From: Lingula anatina | Taxonomy: Eukaryota; Animalia; Brachiopoda | Assembly: GCA_051362555.1 (NCBI GenBank) | Contig: CM120640.1 | Coordinates: forward strand, 30,275,967-30,339,966 | Direction of reading: 5' to 3' | Length of the DNA stretch: 64,000 bases | Shown here: piece by piece, positions 1 to 14,958 of the stretch | How positions within the stretch are numbered: position 1 is the first letter of the stretch | How the letters are laid out: each line of letters opens with the position of its first letter | The notes under the pieces: model-generated | The model's database searches: none | Told to the model about the DNA's origin: nothing | Seen by the model: the letters and a program-made list of their open reading frames with translations, nothing else | Translations under genes and position numbers: made by a program

Positions 1-2678
1 GTAAATGTCATTGTTGTCACTGTACATGTGAATTTTTTTTCTAATCACTGTGTTTCTGTTTTGTGACTGTGTTTGTTTGTATTTATTTTGATTACTGTGT
101 TTGTTGGTGTTGTCACTGTTGATGTTTGTATTTATTGTGGGCACTGTGTATGTCAGTTTTTTTACTCTATTTGTTTGTAATCATTACCATTACTCTGCAT
201 GATGGTGTTGTCAATATATGTCTATGTGTCTGTTTATGTGCTGTTTGCTATTTCTATTCTGTATTGTTACTGAATGTGTTTGTTCATATCGAGATGACTG
301 TTTACGACTTCGTTTTTACTCTTTTTCTTTGTGTTATTCTTATTATCGTAAATGTTACTGTTGTCACTGTACAAGTGAAATTTGTTTCTAATTACTGTTT
401 GTCTGTATTTTCACTGTTTTTGTTTTTATTTATTTTGGTTACTGTGCATGTTTGTGTTGTCACTGTTCATGTTTGTATATATTGTGACCACTGTGTATGT
501 AAGTTTTGTCACTCTATTTGTTTGTAATCATTACTATTACTCTGCATGATGGTGTTGTCAGTGTATCTCTATGTGTCTCTTTATATTCTGTGTGCTGTGT
601 CTATTCTGTATTGTTACTGAATATGTTTCTACATTATGAGATGACTGTGTACAACTTTGTTTTCAATCTTTTTCGTTGTGTTCATTCTTATTACAATGAA
701 TGTTATTGTTCTCACTGTACATGTGAATTTTTTTCTAATCACTGTGTATGTCTGTTTTGTGACTGTTTTTGTTTTTATTTATTTTGGTTACTGTGCATGT
801 TTGTGTTGTCACTGTTCGTGTTTGTATTTATTGTGAGCACTGTGTATGTCAGTTGTTTTACTCTATTTGTTTGTAATCATTACCATTACTCTGCATAATG
901 GATCTGTCAATATATGTCTGTGTCTGTTTATATGCTGTTTGCTGTTTCTATTCTGTATTGTTACTGAATGTGTTTGTTCATATCGAGATGACTGTTTACG
1001 ACTTCGTTTTCACTCTTTTACCTTGTGTTCTTGTCATTATGGTGAATGTCATTGTTGTCACTGTACATGTGAAATTTTTTTCTAATCACTGTTTCTGTTT
1101 TATGACTGTGTTTGTTTGTATTTATTTTGATTACTGTGTTTGTTGGTGTTGTTACTGTTGATGTTTGTATTTATTGTGAACACTGTGTATAACAGTTTTG
1201 TCACTCTATTTGTTTGTAATCATTACTATTACTGTGCATGATGGTGTTGTCAATATATGTCTTTGTGTCTGTTTATATGCTGTTTCCTGTTTCTATTCTG
1301 CATTGTTATTGAATGTGTTTGTTCATATCGAGATGACTGTTTACGCCTTCGTTTTCACTCTTTTAACTTGTGTTCTTGTCATTAAGGTGAATGTTACTGT
1401 TGACCCTGTACGTTTCAAATTTTTTTACTCTTTTTCCTTGTGTTCATTCTCATTATGGTAAATGTCATTGTTGTCACTGTACATGTGAATTTTTTTTCTA
1501 ATCACTGTGTTTCTGTTTTGTGACTGTGTTTGTTTGTATTTATTTTGATTACTGTGTTTGTTGGTGTTGTTACTGTTGATGTTTGTATTTATTGTGGGCA
1601 CTGTGTATGTCAGTTTTTTTACTCTATTTGTTTGTAATCATTACCATTACTCTGCATGATGGTGTTGTCAATATATGTCTATGTGTCTGTTTATGTGCTG
1701 TTTGCTATTTCTATTCTGTATTATTACTGAATGTGTTTGTTCATATCGAGATGAATGTTTACGACTTCGTTTTTACTCTTTTTCTTTGTGTTCATTCTTA
1801 TTATCGTAAATGTTACTGTTGTCACTGTACAAGTGAAATTTGTTTCTCATTACTGTTTGTCTGTATTTTCACTGTTTTTGTTTTTATTTATTTTGGTTAC
1901 TGTGCATGTTTGTGTTGTCACTGTTCATGTTTGTATATATTGTGACCACTGTGTATGTAAGTTTTGTCACTCTATTTGTTTGTAATCATTACTATTACTC
2001 TGCATGATGGTGTTGTCAGTGTATCTCTATGTGTCTCTTTATATTCTGTGTGCTGTGTCTATTCTGTATTGTTACTGAATATGTTTCTACATTATGAGAT
2101 GACTGTGTCCAACTTCGTTTTCACTCTTTTTCGTTGTGTTCATTCTTATTACAATGAATGTTATTGTTCTCACTGTACATGTGAATTTTTTTTCTAATCA
2201 CTGTGTATGTCTGTTTTGTGACTGTTTTTGTTTTTATTTATTTTGATTACTGTGTTTGTTGGTGTTGTTACTGTTGATGTTTGTATTTATTGTGGGCACT
2301 GTGTATGTCAGTTTTGTCACTCTATTTGTTTGTAATCATTACTAATACTTTGCATGATGGTGTTGTCACTATGTTTATGTGTCTGTTTATATGCTGTTTG
2401 CTGTTTCTATTCTGTATTGTTACTGAATGTGTTTGTACATTATGAGATGACTGTGTACAACTTTGTTTTCACTCTTTTTTGTCATGTTCATTCTTAGTAC
2501 GGTAAATGTTACTGTTGTCACTGTACATTTGATTTTTTTTCTAATCACTGTGTATGTCTGTGTTTTGACTGTGCTTGTTTTTATTCATTTTGATTACTAT
2601 GCATGTTTGTGTTGTCACTGTTCGTGTTTGTATTTATTGTGAGCACTGTGTATGTCAGTTTTGTCACTCTATTTGTTT

Positions 2679-2790
2679 ACGTAATTTTAACTAATTAACA
2701 TTATTTAATGCTATATAATATGTAACACCATTTTTTAATAGAGGGACCTTTCAATAAAAGCAGCCGCTACCGGCCAAATTTTGAACACTA
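2679..2790 (-). mobile_element. Foreign ~112-bp relic in satellite, copy 1 (possible DNA-transposon end)
   Basis: acgtaattttaactaattaac...gccgctaccggccaaattttgaacacta is unrelated to the monomer. The family's reverse complement begins TAGTGTTC(G/A)AAATTTGGCC, matching the hAT-like YARNG terminus (inference). Confidence 0.5.
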
Positions 2791-4870
2791 TTTATCTGTG
2801 TTTGTCATTTATCTGTTTTTTTATCTGTGTTTTTATTCATTTTGATTACTGTGCATGTTTGTGTTGTCACTGTTTGTGTTTGTATTTATTGTGAGCACTG
2901 TGTATGTCAGTTTTGTCACTCTATTTGTTTGTAGTCTTTCCTATTACTCTGTATGATGGTGTTGTCACTGTATGTCTATGTGTCTGTTTATATTTTCTCT
3001 GCTGTGTCTATTCTGTATTGTTACTGAATGTGTTTATATATATTGTGATGACTGTGTATTGACTTTGTTTTCACTCTTTTTCCTTGTATTCATTCCCATA
3101 ATGGTTAATGTTACTGTTGTCACTGTACATGTGAAATTTTTTTCTAATCACTGTGTTTGTTGGTGTTGTTACTGTTGATATTTGTATTTATTATGAGCAC
3201 TGTGTATGTCAGTTTTGTTACTCTATTTGTTTGTAATCATTACTATTACTGTGCATGATTGGGTTGTCACTATGTTTATGTGTCTGTTTATATGCTGTTT
3301 GCTGTTTTTATTCTGTATTGTTACTGAATGTGTTTGTTCATATCGAGATGACTGTTTACGACTTCGTTTTCACTCTTTTACCTTGTGTTCTTGTCATTAT
3401 GGTGAATGTCATTGTTGTCACTGTACATGTGAAATTTTTTTCTAATCACTGTGTATGTCAGTTTTGTTACTCTATTTGTTTGTAATCATTACTATTACTC
3501 TGCATGATGGTGTTGTCACTGTATGTCTATGTGTCTGTTTATATTCTTTTTGCTGTGTCTATTCTGTATTGTTACTGAATGTGTTTGTTCATATCGAGAT
3601 GACTGTTTACGACTTCGTTTTTACTCTTTTTCTTTGTGTTCATTCTTATTATCGTAAATGTTACTGTTGTCACTGTACAAGTGAAATTTGTTTCTAATTA
3701 CTGTTTGTCTGTATTTTCACTGTTTTTGTTTTTATTTATTTTGGTTACTGTGCATGTTTGTGTTGTCACTGTTCATGTTTGTATATATTGTGACCACTGT
3801 GTATGTAAGTTTTGTCACTCTATTTGTTTGTAATCATTACTATTACTCTGCATGATGGTGTTGTCAGTGTATCTCTATGTGTCTCTTTATATTCTGTGTG
3901 CTGTGTCTATTCTGTATTGTTACTGAATATGTTTCTACATTATGAGATGACTGTGTACAACTTTGTTTTCACTCTTTTTCGTTGTGTTCATTCTTATTAC
4001 AATGAATGTTATTGTTCTCACTGTACATGTGAATTTTTTTCTAATCACTGTGTATGTCTGTTTTGTGACTGTTTTTGTTTTTATTTATTTTGGTTACTGT
4101 GCATGTTTGTGTTGTCACTGTTCGTGTTTGTATTTATTGTGAGCACTGTGTATGTCAGTTGTTTTACTCTATTTGTTTGTAATCATTACCATTACTCTGC
4201 ATAATGGATCTGTCAATATATGTCTGTGTCTGTTTATATGCTGTTTGCTGTTTCTATTCTGTATTGTTACTGAATGTGTTTGTTCATATCGAGATGACTG
4301 TTTACGACTTCGTTTTCACTCTTTTACCTTGTGTTCTTGTCATTATGGTGAATGTCATTGTTGTCACTGTACATGTGAAATTTTTTTCTAATCACTGTGT
4401 ATGTCTATTTTGTGACTTTTTGTTTGCATTTATTTTGATTACTGTGTTTGTTGGTGTTGTTACAGTTGATGTTTGTATTTATTATGAGCACTGTGTATGT
4501 CAGTTTTGTTACTCTATTTGTTTGTAATCATTACCATTACTCTGCATGATGGTGTTGTCAATATATGTCTATGTGTCTGTTTATGTGCTGTTTGCTGTTT
4601 CTATTGTGTATTGTTACTGAATGTGTTTATTCATATCGAGATGACTGTTTACGATTTCGTTTTCACTCTTTTACCTTGTGTTCTTGTCATTATGGTGAAT
4701 GTCATTGTTGTCACTGTACATGTGAAATTTTTTTCTAATCACTGTGTTTCTGTTTTGTGACTGTGTTTGTTTGTATTTATTTTGATTACTGTGTTTGTTG
4801 ATGTTGTTACTGTTGATGTTTGTATTTATTGTGAACACTGTGTATGTCAGTTTTGTCACTCTATTTGTTT

Positions 4871-4982
4871 ACGTAATTTTAACTAATTAACATTATTTAA
4901 TGCTATATAATATCTAACACCATTCTTTAATAGAGGGACCTTTCAATAAAAGCAGCCGCTACTGGCCAAATTTTGAACACCA
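4871..4982 (-). mobile_element. Foreign relic, copy 2
   Basis: Near-identical to 2679-2790 and at the same monomer position. Confidence 0.5.
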
Positions 4983-7900
4983 TTTATCTGTGTTTGTCAT
5001 TTATCTGTTTTTTTATCTGTGTTTTTACTCATTTTGATTACTGTGCATGTTTGTTTTGTCACTGTTTGTGTTTGTATTTATTGTGAGCACTGTGTATGTC
5101 AGTTTTGTCACTCTATTTGTTTGTAGTCATTACTATTACTCTGTATGATGGTGTTGTCACTGTATGTCTGTGTCTGTTTATATTTTCTCTGCTGTGTCTA
5201 TTCTGTATTGTTACTGAATGTGTTTATATATATTGTGATGACTGTGTATTGACTTTGTTTTCACTCTTTTTCCTTGTGTTCATTCCCATAATGGTTAATG
5301 TTACTGTTGTCACTGTACATGTGAAATTTTTTTCTAATCACTGTGTTTGTTGGTGTTGTTACTGTTGATGTTTGTATTTATTATGAGCACTGTGTATGTC
5401 AGTTTTGTTACTCTATTTGTTTGTAATCATTACTATTACTGTGCATGATTGGGTTGTCACTATGTTTATGTGTCTGTTTATATGCTGTTTGCTGTTTCTA
5501 TTCTGTATTATTCCTGAATGTGTTTGTACATTATGAGATGACTATGTACAACTTCGTTTTCACTCTTTTTCGTTGTGTTCATATTATTTCAGTAAATGTT
5601 TCTGTTGTCACTACATGTGAAAATTGTTTCTAATCACTGTGTTTGTCTGTATTTTTACTGTGTTTGTTTTTATTTATTTTGGTTACTGTGCATGTTTGTG
5701 TTGTCACTGTTCATGTTTGTATATATTGTGACCACTGTGTATGTAAGTTTTGTTACTCTATTTGTTTGTAATCATTACTATTACTCTGCATGATGGTGTT
5801 GTCACTCTATGTCTATGTGTCTGTTTATATTCTTTTTGCTGTGTCTATTCTGTATTGTTACTGAATGTGTTTGTACATTATGAGATGAATGTGTACAATG
5901 TCGTTTTCACTCTTTTTCGTTGTGTTCATTCTTATTATCGTAAATGTTACTGTTGTCACTGTACAAGTGAAATTTGTTTCTAATTACTGCGTTGTCTGTA
6001 TTTTTACTGTTTTTCTTTGTATTTATTTTGATTACTGTGTTGGTTGGTGTTGTTACTGTTGATGTTTGTATTTATTGTGAGCACTGTGTATGTCAGTTTT
6101 TTTACTCTGCATGATGGTGTTGTCAATATATATCTATATGTCTGTTTATATGCTGTTTGCTGTATCTATTGTGTATTGTTACTGAATGTGTTTATTCATA
6201 TTGAGATGACTGTTTACGATTTCGGTTTCACTCTTTTACCTTGTGTTCTTGTCATTATGGTGAATGTCATTGTTGTCACTGTACATGTGAAATTTTTTTC
6301 TAATCACTGTTTCTGTTTTATGACTGTGTTTGTTTGTATTTATTTTGATTACTGTGTTTGTTGGTGTTGTTACTGTTGATGTTTGTATTTATTGTGAACA
6401 CTGTGTATATCAGTTTTGTCACTCTATTTGTTTGTAATCATCACTATTACTGTGCATGATGGTGTTGTCAATATATATCTTTGTGTCTGTTTATATGCTG
6501 TTTGCTGTTTCTTTTCTGCATTGTTATTGAATGTGTTTGTTCATATCGAGATGACTGTTTACGCCTTCGTTTTCACTCTTTTAACTTGTGTTCTTGTCAT
6601 TAAGGTGAATGTTACTGTTGTCCCTGTACGTTTCAAATTTTTTTACTCTTTTTCCTTGTGTTCATTCTCATTATGGTAAATGTCATTGTTGTCACTGTAC
6701 ATGTGAATTTTTTTCTAATCACTGTGTTTCTGTTTTGTGACTGTGTTTGTTTGTATTTATTTTGATTACTGTGTTTGTTGGTGTTGTTACTGTTGATGTT
6801 TGTATTTATTGTGGGCACTGTGTATGTCAGTTTTTTTACTCTATTTGTTTGTAATCATTACCATTACTCTGCATGATGGTGTTGTCAATATATGTCTATG
6901 TGTCTGTTTATGTGCTGTTTGCTATTTCTATTCTGTATTGTTACTGAATGTGTTTGTTCATATCGAGATGACTGTTTACGACTTCGTTTTTACTCTTTTT
7001 CTTTGTGTTCATTCTTATTATCGTAAATGTTACTGTTGTCACTGTACAAGTGAAATTTGTTTCTAATTACTGTTTGTCTGTATTTTCACTGTTTTTGTTT
7101 TTATTTATTTTGGTTACTGTGCATGTTTGTGTTGTCACTGTTCATGTTTGTATATATTGTGACCACTGTGTATGTAAGTTTTGTCACTCTGTTTGTAATC
7201 ATTACTATTACTCTGCATGATGGTGTTGTCAGTGTATCTCTATGTGTCTCTTTATATTCTGTGTGCTGTGTCTATTCTGTATTGTTACTGAATATGTTTC
7301 TACATTATGAGATGACTGTGTACAACTTTGTTTTCACTCTTTTTCGTTGTGTTCATTCTTATTACAATGAATGTTATTGTTCTCACTGTACATGTGAATT
7401 TTTTTTCTAATCACTGTGTATGTCTGTTTTGTGACTGTTTTTGTTTTTATTTATTTTGGTTACTGTGCATGTTTGTGTTGTCACTGTTCGTGTTTGTATT
7501 TATTGTGAGCACTGTGTATGTCAGTTGTTTTACTCTATTTGTTTGTAATCATTACCATTACTCTGCATAATGGATCTGTCAATATATGTCTGTGTCTGTT
7601 TCTATGCTGTTTGCTGTTTCTATTCTGTATTGTTACTGAATGTGTTTGTTCATAGCGAGATGACTGTTTACGACTTCGTTTTCACTCTTTTACCTTGTGT
7701 TCTTGTCATTATGGTGAATGTCATTGTTGTCACTGTACATGTGAAATTTTTTTCTAATCACTGTGTATGTCTGTTTTGTGACTTTTTGTTTGCATTTATT
7801 TTGATTACTGTGTTTGTTGGTGTTGTTACTGTTGATGTTTGTATTTATTATGAGCACTGTGTATGTCAGTTTTGTTACTCTATTTGTTTGTAATCATTAC

Positions 7901-9261
7901 TATTACTCTGCATGATGGTGTTGTCACTGTATGTATATGTGTCTGTTTATATTCTTTTTGCTGTGTCTATTCTGTATTGTTACTGAATGTGTTTGTACAT
8001 TATGAGATGAATGTGTACAACGTCGTTTTCACTCTTTTTTGTTGTGTTCATTCTTATTACGTTAAATGTTTCTGTTCTCACTGTACATGTGAAATTTGTT
8101 TCTAATTACTGTGTTTGTCTGTATTTTTACTGTGTATGTTTTTATTTATTTTGGATACTGTGCATGTTTCTGTTGTCACTGTTCGTGTTTGTATTTATTT
8201 TGAGCACTCTGTATGTCAGTTTTGTCACTATTTGTTTGTAATCATTACTATTACTCTGCATGATATTGTTGTCAGTGTATCTCTGTGTCTCTTTATATTC
8301 TTTTTGCTGTGTCTATATTCTGTATTGTTACTGAATGTGTTTGTACATTATGAGATGAATGTGTACAACGTCGTTTTCACTCTTTTTCGTTGTGTTCATT
8401 CTTATTACGTTAAAATATACTGTTGTCACTGTACAAGTGAAATTTGTTTCTAATTACTGTGTTTGTCTGTATTTTTACTGTGTTTCTTTGTATTTATTTT
8501 GATTACTGTGTTGGTTGGTGTTGTTACTGTTGATGTTTGTATTTATTGTGAGCACTGTGTATGTCAGTTTTTTTACTCTATTTGTTTGTAATCATTACCA
8601 TTACTCTGCATGATGGTGTTGTCAATATATGTCTATGTGTCTGTTTATGTGCTGTTTGCTGTTTTTATTGTGTATTGTTACTGAATGTGTTTATTCATAT
8701 CGAGATGACTGTTTACGATTTCGTTTTCACTCTTTTACCTTGTGTTCTTGTCATTATGGTGAATGTCATTGTTGTCACTGTACATGTGAAATTTTTTTCT
8801 AATCACTGTGTTTCTGTTTTGTGACTGTGTTTGTTTGTATTTATTTTGATTACTGTGTTTGTTGGTGTTGTTACTGTTGATGTTTGTATTTATTGTGGGC
8901 ACTGTGTATGTCAGTTTTGTCACTCTATTTGTTTGTAATCATTACTAATACTTTGCATGATGGTGTTGTCACTATGTTTATGTGTCTGTTTATATGCTGT
9001 TTGCTGTTTCTATTCTGTATTGTTACTGAATGTGTTTGTACATTATGAGATGACTGTGTACAACTTTGTTTTCACTCTTTTTTGTCATGTTCATTCTTAG
9101 TACGGTAAATGTTACTGTTGTCACTGTACATTTGATTTTTTTTCTAATCACTGTGTATGTCTGTGTTTTGACTGTGCTTGTTTTTATTCATTTTGATTAC
9201 TATGCATGTTTGTGTTGTCACTGTTCGTGTTTGTATTTATTGTGAGCACTGTGTATGTCAG

Positions 9262-9352
9262 TTAACATTATTTAATGCTATATAATATCTAACACTTTAA
9301 TAGAAGGACCTTTCAATAAAAGCAGCCGCTACTGGCCAAATTTCGAACACTA
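9262..9352 (-). mobile_element. Foreign relic, copy 3 (left-truncated variant)
   Basis: Starts at ttaacattatttaatgc; short actttaatagaagg variant. Confidence 0.5.
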
Positions 9353-12300
9353 TTTATCTGTGTTTGTCATTTATCTGTTTTTTTTATCTGTGTTTTTATT
9401 CATTTTGATTACTGTGCATGTTTGTGTTGTCACTGTTCGTGTTTGTATTTATTGTGAGCACTGTGTATGTCAGTTTTGTCACTCTATTTGTTTGTAGTCA
9501 TTTTGATCATTGTGCATTTTAGCGTTGGCACTGTTTGTGTTTATATCTATTGTCAGCAATGTGGATGTCAGTTTTGTCTGTTTATTTATTTTTAGTCTTT
9601 ATTTTAATTGTGCATGTTGGTGTTGTCAATGTCATTATAGTTTATGTGTCTGTTTATACTCTGATCACTGTTTCCATTCTGTATTGTCATTGAATGTGTT
9701 TGTATATATATTGTGATCACTGTGTATGACTGTGTAATCACCTGATTAATTTGTGTTTATTCTTGTTACTATGCATGGTTGTGTGGTCACTGTACTTGTT
9801 AAAATTTATTCTGCTCACTGTGTATGTCTGTATTGTGACTGTGTTTCTTTGTATTCATTTTGATTATTGTGCATGTTATTATTGTCACTGTACATGTTAA
9901 TATTTATTTTGACCACTGTTTATGTCAGTTTTTTTATGTTGATGTTTCTATTTATTGTGAGCACTGTGTATGTCAGTTTTTTTTAACTCTATTTGTTTGT
10001 AATCATTACCAATACTCTGCGTGATGCTGTTGTCACTTTATGTCAATGTGTCTGTTTATATGCTGTTTCCTTTGTCTATTCTGTATTGTTCCTGAATGTG
10101 TTTATATATATTGTGATGACTGTGTATGACTTTGTTTTCACTCTTTTTCCTTGTGTTCATTTCCATTATGGTTAACGTTACAGTTGTCACTGTACACGTC
10201 AAAATTTTTCTAATCGCTGTGTTTATCTGTATTTTCACTGTGTTTGTTTTTATATGTCTGATTAATGTGTTTGTTGGTGTTGTTACTGTTGATGTTTGTA
10301 TTTATTGTGAGCACTGTGTATGTCAGTTTAGTTACTCTGTTTGTAATCATTACTATTACTCTGCATGATGGTGTTGTCAGTGTATCTCTATGTGTCTCTT
10401 TATATTCTGTGTGCTGTGTCTATTCTGTATTGTTACTGAATATGTTTGTACATTATGAGATGACTGTGTCCAACTTCGTTTTCACTCTTTTTCGTTGTGT
10501 TCAGTCTTATTATGGTGAATGTAACTGTTGTCACTGTACATGTCAAAATTTATTCTTATCACTGTGTATGACTATATTGTGACTGTGTTTCTTTGTATTT
10601 ATTTTGATTACTGCATTGGTTGGTGTTGTTACTGTTGATGTTTGTATTTATTGTGAGCACTGTGTATGTCAGTTTTTTTACTCTATTTGTTTGTAATCAT
10701 TACCATTACTCTGCATGATGGTGTTGTCAATATATGTCTATGTGTCTGTTTATGTGCTGTTTGCTATTTCTATTCTGTATTGTTACTGAATGTGTTTGTT
10801 CATATCGAGATGACTGTTTACGACTTCGTTTTCACTCTTTTTCGTTGTGTTCATTCTTATTATCGTAAATGTTACTGTTGTCACTGTACAAGTGAAATTT
10901 GTTTCTAATTACTGTTTGTCTGTATTTTCACTGTTTTTGTTTTTATTTATTTTGGTTACTGTGCATGTTTGTGTTGTCACTGTTCATGTTTGTATATATT
11001 GTGGCCACTGTGTATGTAAGTTTTGTCACTCTATTTGTTTGTAATCATTACTATTACTCTGCATGATGGTGTTGTCAGTGTATCTCTATGTGTCTGTTTA
11101 TATGCTGTTTGCTGTATCTATTGTGTATTGTTACTGAATGTGTTTATTCATATTGAGATGACTGTTTACGATTTCGGTTTCACTCTTTTACCTTGTGTTC
11201 TTGTCATTATGGTGAATGTCATTGTTGTCACTGTACATGTGAAATTTTTTTCTAATCACTGTTTCTGTTTTATGACTGTGTTTGTTTGTATTTATTTTGA
11301 TTACTGTGTTTGTTGGTGTTGTTACTGTTGATGTTTGTATTTATTGTGAACACTGTGTATAACAGTTTTGTCACTCTATTTGTTTGCAATCATTACTATT
11401 ACTGTGCATGATGGTGTTGTCAATATATGTCTTTGTGTCTGTTTATATGCTGTTTCCTGTTTCTATTCTGCATTGTTATTGAATGTGTTTGTTCATATCG
11501 AGATGACTGTTTACGCCTTCGTTTTCACTCTTTTAACTTGTGTTCTTGTCATTAAGGTGAATGTTACTGTTGACCCTGTACGTTTCAAATTTTTTTACTC
11601 TTTTTCCTTGTGTTCATTCTCATTATGGTAAATGTCATTGTTGTCACTGTACATGTGAATTTTTTTTCTAATCACTGTGTTTCTGTTTTGTGACTGTGTT
11701 TGTTTGTATTTATTTTGATTACTGTGTTTGTTGGTGTTGTTACTGTTGATGTTTGTATTTATTGTGGGCACTGTGTATGTCAGTTTTTTTACTCTATTTG
11801 TTTGTAATCAATTCCATTACTCTGCATGATGGTGTTGTCAATATATGTCTATGTGTCTGTTTATGTGCTGTTTGCTATTTCTATTCTGTATTATTACTGA
11901 ATGTGTTTGTTCATATCGAGATGACTGTTTACGACTTCGTTTTTACTCTTTTTCTTTGTGTTCATTCTTATTATCGTAAATGTTACTGTTGTCACTGTAC
12001 AAGTGAAATTTGTTTCTCATTACTGTTTGTCTGTATTTTCACTGTTTTTGTTTTTATTTATTTTGGTTACTGTGCATGTTTGTGTTGTCACTGTTCATGT
12101 TTGTATATATTGTGACCACTGTGTATGTAAGTTTTGTCACTCTATTTGTTTGTAATCATTACTATTACTCTGCATGATGGTGTTGTCAGTGTATCTCTAT
12201 GTGTCTCTTTATATTCTGTGTGCTGTGTCTATTCTGTATTGTTACTGAATATGTTTCTACATTATGAGATGACTGTGTCCAACTTCGTTTTCACTCTTTT

Positions 12301-14958
12301 TCGTTGTGTTCATTCTTATTACAATGAATGTTATTGTTCTCACTGTACATGTGAATTTTTTTTCTAATCACTGTGTATGTCTGTTTTGTGACTGTTTTTG
12401 TTTTTATTTATTTTGATTACTGTGTTTGTTGGTGTTGTTACTGTTGATGTTTGTATTTATTGTGAGCACTGTGTATGTCAGTTTAGTTACTCTGTTTGTA
12501 ATCATTACTATTACTCTGTATGATGGTGTTGTCACTGTATGTCTATGTGTTTGTTTATATTCTTTTTGCTGTGTCTATTCTGTATTGTTACTGAATGTGT
12601 TTGTACATTATGAGATGAATGTGTACAATGTCGTTTTCACTCTTTTTCGTCGTGTTCATTCTTATTACGGTAAATGTTACTGTTGTCACTGTACAATGGA
12701 AAATTTTTTCAAATTACTGTGTTTGTCTGTATTTTTACTGTTTGTTTTTATTTATTTTGGTTACTGTGCATGTTTGTGTTGTCACTGTTCGTGTTTGTAT
12801 TTATTGTGAGCACTGTGTATGTCAGTTTTGTCACTCTATTTGTTTGTAATCATTACTATTACTCTGCATGATGGTGTTGTCACTGTATCTCTATGTGTCT
12901 TTTTATATTCTGTGTGCTGTGTCTATTCTGTATTGTTACTGTATGTGTTTGTACATTATGAGATGACTGTGTAGAACTTCGTTTTCACTGTTTTTCGTCG
13001 TGTTCATTCTTATTATGGTGAATGTTACTGTTCTCACTGTACATGTGAATTTTTTTTCTAATCACTGTGTATGTCTGTTTTGTGACTTTTTGTTTGCATT
13101 TATTTTGATAACTGTGTTTGTTGGTGTTGTTACTGTTGATGTTTGTATTTATTATGAGCACTGTGTATGTCAGTTTTGTTACTCTATTTGTTTGTAATTT
13201 TTACTATTACTCCGCATGATGGTGTTGTCACTGTATGTCTATGTGTCTCTTTATATTCTCTTTGCTGTGTCTATTCTGTATTGTTACTGAATGTGTTTGT
13301 ACATTATGAGATGAATGTGTACAACGTCGTTTTCACTCTTTTTCGTTGTGTTCATTCTTATTATGGTAAATGTTACTGTTGTCACTGTACACTGTCTGTA
13401 TTTTTACTGTGTTTCTTTGTATTTATTTTGATTACTGTGTTGGTTGGTGTTGTTACTGTTGATGTTTGTATTTATTGTGAGCACTGTGTATGTCAGTTGT
13501 TTTACTCTATTTGTTTGTAATCATTACCATTACTCTGCATAATGGATCTGTCAATATATGTCTATGTGTCTGTTTATATGCTGTTTGCTGTTTCTATTCT
13601 GTATTGTTACTGAATGTGTTTGTTCATATCGAGATGACTGTTTACGACTTCGTTTTCACTCTTTTACCTTGTGTTCTTGTCATTATGGTGAATATCATTG
13701 TGGTCACTGTACATGTGAAATTTATTTCTAATCACTGTGTATGTCTGTTTTGTGACTTTTTGTTTGCATTTATTCTGATTACTGTGTTTGTTGCTGTTGT
13801 TACTGTTGATGTTGGTATTTATTGTGAGCACTGTGTATGTCAGTTTTGTTACTCTATTTGTTTGTAATCATTACTATTACTCTGCATGATGGTGTTGTCA
13901 CTGTATGTCTATGTGTCTGTTTATATTCTTTTTGCTGTGTCTATTCTGTATTGTTACTGAATGTGTTTGTACATGATGAGATGAATGTGTACAATGTCGT
14001 TTTCACTCTTTTTTGTTGTGTTCATTCTTATTACGGTAAATGTTACTGTTGTCACTGTACAAGTGAAATTTGTTTCTAATTACTGCGTTGTCTGTATTTT
14101 TACTGTTTTTCTTTGTATTTATTTTGATTACTGTGTTGGTTGGTGTTGTTACTGTTGATGTTTGTATTTATTGTGAGCACTGTGTATGTCAGTTTTTTTA
14201 CTCTATTTGTTTGTAATCATTACCATTACTCTGCATGATGGTGTTGTCAGTGTATCTCTATGTGTCTGTTTATATGCTGTTTGCTGTATCTATTGTGTAT
14301 TGTTACTGAATGTGTTTATTCATATTGAGATGACTGTTTACGATTTCGGTTTCACTCTTTTACCTTGTGTTCTTGTCATTATGGTGAATGTTACTGTTGT
14401 CCTTGTACGTTTCAAATTTTTTTACTCTTTTTTCCTTGTGTTCATTCTCATTATGGTAAATGTCATTGTTGTCACTGTACATGTGAAATTTTTTTCTAAT
14501 CACTGTGTTTCTGTTTTGTGACTGTGTTTGTTTGTATTTATTTTGATTACTGTGTTTGTTGGTGTTGTTACTGTTGATGTTTGTATTTATTGTGGGCACT
14601 GTGTATGTCAGTTTTGTCACTCTATTTGTTTGTAATCATTACTAATACTTTGCATGATGGTGTTGTCACTATGTTTATGTGTCTGTTTATATGCTGTTTG
14701 CTGTTTCTATTCTGTATTGTTACTGAATGTGTTTGTACATTATGAGATGACTGTGTACAACTTTGTTTTCACTCTTTTTTGTCATGTTCATTCTTAGTAC
14801 GGTAAATGTTACTGTTGTCACTGTACATTTGATTTTTTTTCTAATCACTGTGTATGTCTGTGTTTTGACTGTGCTTGTTTTTATTCATTTTGATTACTAT
14901 GCATGTTTGTGTTGTCACTGTTCGTGTTTGTATTTATTGTGAGCACTGTGTATGTCAG

